The notes under the pieces were generated by a model, which did no database searches, was not told the origin of the DNA, and saw only the letters and a program-made list of their open reading frames with translations. DNA of 32,000 nucleotides from Vibrio alginolyticus NBRC 15630 = ATCC 17749 (GTDB taxonomy: Bacteria > Pseudomonadota > Gammaproteobacteria > Enterobacterales > Vibrionaceae). Shown here in pieces: positions 28,081 through 32,000 of the stretch (the first letter of the stretch is position 1; each line of letters opens with the position of its first letter). The stretch covers positions 2,850,001-2,882,000 of the forward strand of contig NC_022349.1 of NCBI RefSeq assembly GCF_000354175.2. Reading direction: 5' to 3'. The translations under genes were made by a program, and so were the position numbers.

Positions 28081-28869
28081 ATGAGCGTATTACGCCGACT
28101 AACTCTGCTGACTTTACCATTTTTTGTTACCGCTTGTGGTGCAGAAGAAAGTCAGGCTCAAACGGAGACTCCTGCGCAACAAGTGGCGCCAGCTGCACAA
28201 AGCGGCTTTGATGAAGCAGCATTAAAAACTAAGTTCTCAAAGCTTGGTTTATCTATCGTTGATATTCAACCATCAGACGTCGCTGGCTTATTGGAAATTC
28301 AAACCAATGGCGGGATCCTGTTTGCTTCAAATGATGGTAGCCATTTTATCGCCGGTACGCTTTATGCCATTAATGATGATGGCAGTTACAAAGATGTCAT
28401 AGCAGAGCGTCAAGCGCCGCTTAACGCCGAGAAAATTGCTCAGTTCTCCGATAGCATGATCGAATACAAAGCCGACGATGAAAAGTATGTTGTGACCGTA
28501 TTCACTGATATCACCTGTGGTTACTGTGTGCGTCTGCATAGCCAAATGCAAGGCTATAATGATCTAGGTATTACAGTGCGTTACATGGCTTACCCTCGCC
28601 AAGGTGCAACTGGCCCTGTGGCAGAGCAAATGGCAACGATTTGGTGTGCTGAAGATCCGGCGTCGGCAATGCACAACGCGAAAGTGAATCGTACATTTGA
28701 TAACCCTGCGAAAGACTTGAAACAGTGTAAAGAAACCATCCAGGCGCATTACAATCTAGGTCGCCAATTGGGTATTTCTGGTACGCCAGCAATCTTCTTA
28801 CCGAATGGCGAAATGGTTGGTGGCTACCTACCACCTGCAGAGCTATTGAAACGTTTAAAGCAACTATAA
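28081..28869 (+). CDS. dsbC: thiol:disulfide interchange protein DsbC
   Basis: AAGGTG SD before the ATG at 28081. It has the active site FTDITCGYC and the second pair WCAEDP...KQC, with GTPAIFLPNG, collinear with E. coli DsbC. The signal peptide ends FFVTAC. Confidence 0.9.
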   Translation: MSVLRRLTLLTLPFFVTACGAEESQAQTETPAQQVAPAAQSGFDEAALKTKFSKLGLSIVDIQPSDVAGLLEIQTNGGILFASNDGSHFIAGTLYAINDDGSYKDVIAERQAPLNAEKIAQFSDSMIEYKADDEKYVVTVFTDITCGYCVRLHSQMQGYNDLGITVRYMAYPRQGATGPVAEQMATIWCAEDPASAMHNAKVNRTFDNPAKDLKQCKETIQAHYNLGRQLGISGTPAIFLPNGEMVGGYLPPAELLKRLKQL

Positions 28870-28881
28870 TCCTTTAGGAGC

Positions 28882-28905
28882 AGAGCCGGCAAAGTTGTCG
28901 GCTCT
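28882..28905 (+). other. short hairpin between dsbC and recJ
   Basis: AGAGCCG (28882-28888) pairs with CGGCTCT (28899-28905) across a 10-nt loop, with only TT after the stem. It may be a partial terminator or a processing or translation-control element. Confidence 0.35.
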
Positions 28906-28912
28906 TTCAAGC

Positions 28913-30652
28913 ATGATAGAAATTCAACGACGTCCTGAACCAGATCTTTCCCTTCTTCCTGATTCCATTCCTCCGATTCTTAAACGTATCTACATCAACC
29001 GTGGGATAACGGATCTTTCACAATTAGAAACGTCGGCCCGTGGGTTGCATTCATATCAAAAACTCGGGGGGATTGAGCAAGCTGTCGATCTTTTGTTTCA
29101 GGCGATAAAAGAACAAAAACGCATCATCGTTGTCGGTGATTTTGACGCTGATGGCGCGACAAGCTCAGCATTATCAGTGCTCGCGCTGCGTATGCTTGGT
29201 AGTCACAATGTGGATTACCTAGTGCCAAATCGTTTTGAAGACGGTTATGGGTTAAGCCCAGAAGTCGTTGACCAAGCCCTAGAGCTTGGCGCTGAGATGA
29301 TCATGACGGTGGATAACGGCGTCTCATCAATCGAAGGCGTGCGTTACGCAAAAGAAAATGGCATTACTGTGCTTGTTACCGATCACCACTTGCCAGGACA
29401 AGTGTTGCCTGATGTGGATGCAATGGTGAACCCAAACCTTGAGAGCTGTAGCTTTCCATCTAAAGCGCTTGCGGGTGTAGGGGTCGCGTTTTATCTCATG
29501 ATGGCACTATGCGTTCATATGCGAAAACACAATTGGTTTGCAGAACAGGGGATGCAAGAGCCCAAATTGATGGAACTGATTGACCTTGTTGCACTGGGTA
29601 CCGTCGCCGACGTCGTTCCATTGGATGAAAACAACCGCATTCTTGTACACCAAGGCTTGCAACGTATTCGTGCGGGCAAAGCGCGTCCCGGCATCCAAGC
29701 ATTAATTGAGGTCGCGAAGCGCGATGCGCGTCGTTTAGTTGCGTCTGACTTTGGCTTTGCTTTAGGTCCACGTATTAACGCAGCAGGTCGTCTTGATGAC
29801 ATGTCTTTCGGTGTTGAACTGCTGATGTGTAACAACATCCACGCTGCTCGTCGCATGGCAAGTGAATTGGATGGCTTGAACCAAACTCGTAAAGAGATTG
29901 AAGAAGGCATGAAGCAAGAAGCGATGGCTTTCTGTGAGCGCCTTCAGTTTGGTGAAGGCAATGAGCTTCCTTATGGCTTAGCCTTATTCCAACGTGATTG
30001 GCACCAAGGTGTGATTGGTATTTTGGCTTCGCGCATTAAAGAGAAGTTTCATCGTCCAGTCATTGCATTTGCTGATGGTGGAGAAGGGACGATTAAAGGC
30101 TCGTGTCGTTCTATTCCGGGGCTACACATGCGCGATGCGTTGGATTTCATCGACACGCAAAACCCGGGTTTGATCATCAAGTTTGGTGGACACGCCATGG
30201 CAGCAGGCTTAACGATTAAAGAGCAGGATTTTGAGCGTTTCAGTCGTTTGTTTGATGAAGTGGTAAAAAAGGAACTCGATGAAGCGGCGCTAAAAGGCGT
30301 GATCATGTCAGATGGCGAACTTAAGCCGGAAGAGTTCTCTATGCATGTTGCTGAACAGCTGCGATCGGGTGGCCCTTTTGGACAAGCTTTCCCAGAGCCA
30401 ATCTTTGATGGTGAGTTTAAAGTACTGCATCAAAAGCTGGTGGGTGAGAAGCATCTTAAATTGATGTTAGAGCCGCTTTATAAAGGTCACCCTACCAATG
30501 TGATGATCGACGGTATCGCATTCAATGTTGATCTACGTCGATGGCCAGATGCATCGGTTAAAACAGTACGTCTCGCGTATAAGCTGGATGTGAATGAATT
30601 TCGTGGTAATCAATCATTGCAATTGATGATCGACCATATCGAAGCTAAGTAA
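28913..30652 (+). CDS. recJ: single-stranded-DNA-specific 5'-3' exonuclease RecJ
   Basis: DHH motifs (VGDFDADGATS, VDNG, VTDHH, GGHAMAAG) and length similar to E. coli RecJ. ATG 28913 was chosen; the track uses TTG 28895, and neither has a good SD. Confidence 0.92.
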   Translation: MIEIQRRPEPDLSLLPDSIPPILKRIYINRGITDLSQLETSARGLHSYQKLGGIEQAVDLLFQAIKEQKRIIVVGDFDADGATSSALSVLALRMLGSHNVDYLVPNRFEDGYGLSPEVVDQALELGAEMIMTVDNGVSSIEGVRYAKENGITVLVTDHHLPGQVLPDVDAMVNPNLESCSFPSKALAGVGVAFYLMMALCVHMRKHNWFAEQGMQEPKLMELIDLVALGTVADVVPLDENNRILVHQGLQRIRAGKARPGIQALIEVAKRDARRLVASDFGFALGPRINAAGRLDDMSFGVELLMCNNIHAARRMASELDGLNQTRKEIEEGMKQEAMAFCERLQFGEGNELPYGLALFQRDWHQGVIGILASRIKEKFHRPVIAFADGGEGTIKGSCRSIPGLHMRDALDFIDTQNPGLIIKFGGHAMAAGLTIKEQDFERFSRLFDEVVKKELDEAALKGVIMSDGELKPEEFSMHVAEQLRSGGPFGQAFPEPIFDGEFKVLHQKLVGEKHLKLMLEPLYKGHPTNVMIDGIAFNVDLRRWPDASVKTVRLAYKLDVNEFRGNQSLQLMIDHIEAK

Positions 30653-30825
30653 TACCTAGATTAACCTTTCTTATAGAGTACGGTTGCCCCTAAGTGGGTG
30701 TAAAATTTTATGACCGTGCTCTCTCTCACCGCAATCTGATTTCTCATCCGAAATTTTCCTGTATCTCGGTCACATTTTTCAGTAGAATTTCTCGGTTAAA
30801 TTCTATTCTAAAATGTTGAGTAAAC

Positions 30826-31924
30826 ATGTTTGAAATCAATCCAATTAAAAACCGTCTGCAGGACGTGTCTCAGCGCACAAATGTCCTGAGGGGGTATCTT
30901 TGACTATGACGCGAAGAAAGAGCGTCTAGAAGAAGTCAACGCAGAACTTGAACAACCAGATGTATGGAACGAACCTGAGCGTGCGCAAGCACTGGGTAAA
31001 GAGCGTGCATCACTAGAAGCGGTTGTTGAAACCATTGATCTACTAGAGCAAGGTGTGGAAGATGTAGAAGGTCTTCTTGAGCTGGCTGTAGAAGAAGAAG
31101 ATCAAGAAACATTTGACGAAATTGAACCAGAACTTGCTGAGTTGGAAGAGAAGCTAGAAAAGCTTGAATTCCGTCGTATGTTCTCTGGCGACCACGATAG
31201 CTCTGATTGTTACATCGATTTGCAAGCTGGCTCTGGTGGTACAGAAGCACAAGACTGGACTAACATGCTGCTGCGTATGTACCTACGTTGGGCAGAAGCG
31301 AAGGGCTTCAAAGCTGAAGTGATTGAAGTCTCTGAAGGTGAAGTCGCGGGTCTTAAGTCGGCAACAGTTCGCATCTCTGGTGAATATGCGTACGGTTGGT
31401 TACGTACTGAAACGGGCGTTCATCGTCTTGTTCGTAAATCTCCGTTCGATTCAGGCGGTCGTCGCCATACGTCATTTGCTTCTGCGTTCATCTATCCAGA
31501 GATTGATGAAAACATCGACATCGACATTAATCCTTCCGACCTACGTATTGACGTTTACCGTGCGTCAGGCGCAGGTGGTCAGCACGTAAACACCACAGAA
31601 TCTGCGGTACGTATTACGCACGTACCTACGAACACAGTGGTTCAGTGTCAGAATGACCGTTCTCAACATAAGAACAAAGATCAGGCAATGAAACAGCTTC
31701 GAGCGAAGCTATTTGAGCTTGAATTGCAAAAGCAAAATGCGGAAAAACAAGCTAATGAAGACGCTAAGTCTGACATTGGCTGGGGTAGCCAGATCCGTTC
31801 TTACGTATTGGATGACTCACGTATTAAGGACCTCCGTACGGGCATTGAAAACCGTAATACTCAAGCGGTTCTTGATGGCGATCTGGACAAATTTATTGAA
31901 GCTAGCCTGAAATCAGGTCTATAA
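30826..31924 (+). CDS. prfB: peptide chain release factor 2, join(30826..30900,30902..31924) via programmed +1 frameshift
   Basis: Frame 1 reads [25 protein letters not shown] and then hits TGA at 30901. The +1 frame continues [34 protein letters not shown]..., with SPF (RKSPFDS) and GGQ (SGAGGQHVN), collinear with E. coli RF2. Confidence 0.95.
30889..30904 (+). promoter_or_regulatory. prfB autoregulatory +1 frameshift site (AGGGGG TAT CTT TGA C)
   Basis: An internal SD-like AGGGGG sits 3 nt before the slippery CTT-TGA-C. The sequence is identical in form to the E. coli site. Confidence 0.9.
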
Positions 31925-31958
31925 AGCTTTTCACCGACAAAAACAGGATACATCGAAA

Positions 31959-32000
31959 ATGACTGATGCTGTTCAAAACGAAACTGTACAAGAAGCCTCT
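31959..32000 (+). CDS. lysS: lysyl-tRNA synthetase, first 14 codons (runs off the right edge)
   Basis: The ATG is 34 nt after the prfB stop, reads MTDAVQNETVQEAS and is open to the window end. The call rests mainly on the conserved prfB-lysS operon order. Confidence 0.55.
   Translation, partial: MTDAVQNETVQEAS

Noticed and set aside
30901-31054. prfB as a frameshifted pseudogene, and antisense ORF 30936-31250
   Set aside because: The interruption is the conserved autoregulatory CTT TGA C site with an upstream SD-like element. The joined product is full-length RF2, and the antisense ORF is a shadow frame.
1-32000. Search for mobile elements, integrases other than xerD, CRISPR arrays, toxin-antitoxin pairs, restriction-modification or other defence-type gene clusters
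   Set aside because: Every ORF above ~130 aa has a recognisable housekeeping identity, or is a small conserved-looking hypothetical protein embedded in E. coli-like synteny. I saw no spacer-repeat arrays, terminal inverted repeats or compositionally aberrant block by eye.

Overview
The window looks like conserved core chromosome of a Vibrio-type gammaproteobacterium. The calls rest on protein similarity and gene order that I recognise by eye; no searches were run. Almost all of it is housekeeping genes in blocks that are syntenic with E. coli. Left to right: gltB (5' part, minus strand), yhcC, a PAS-GGDEF diguanylate cyclase, arcB, a small lipoprotein, arcA (minus), a DUF3293-like gene, an RraA paralogue and a small OMP (minus). 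Then come thrL-thrA-thrB-thrC with a classical attenuator, an FMN reductase, grcA (minus), nfo, ung, a hemerythrin-domain protein and a small basic protein (minus). These are followed by a yaaJ-like alanine/glycine:Na+ symporter, yaaA, srmB (minus), trmN6/yfiC (minus), brnQ and fldB (minus). The window ends with xerD-dsbC-recJ, prfB with its programmed +1 frameshift, and the first 14 codons of lysS. I found no rRNA, tRNA, CRISPR array, transposase, integrase or phage gene, and no recognisable defence island or toxin-antitoxin pair. I also see no convincing evidence for a new multi-gene system. The second-look items are small-scale. (1) A near-consensus LexA box lies on the xerD-dsbC-recJ operon start. 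(2) An uncharacterised lipoprotein gene starts 1 nt after the arcB stop, sits between arcB and arcA, and has a 12-bp in-frame tandem repeat in its signal peptide. (3) ArcB has a single cysteine. (4) FNR-type palindromes occur at grcA (two boxes 53 bp apart) and in the arcA upstream region (a perfect consensus). (5) A 16-bp-stem hairpin abuts an unlisted 38-codon ORF between nfo and ung. (6) Same-orientation ATTGT repeats lie upstream of brnQ. (7) DsbC has a lipobox-like signal peptide. (8) A 720-bp non-coding AT-rich gap precedes the symporter gene.
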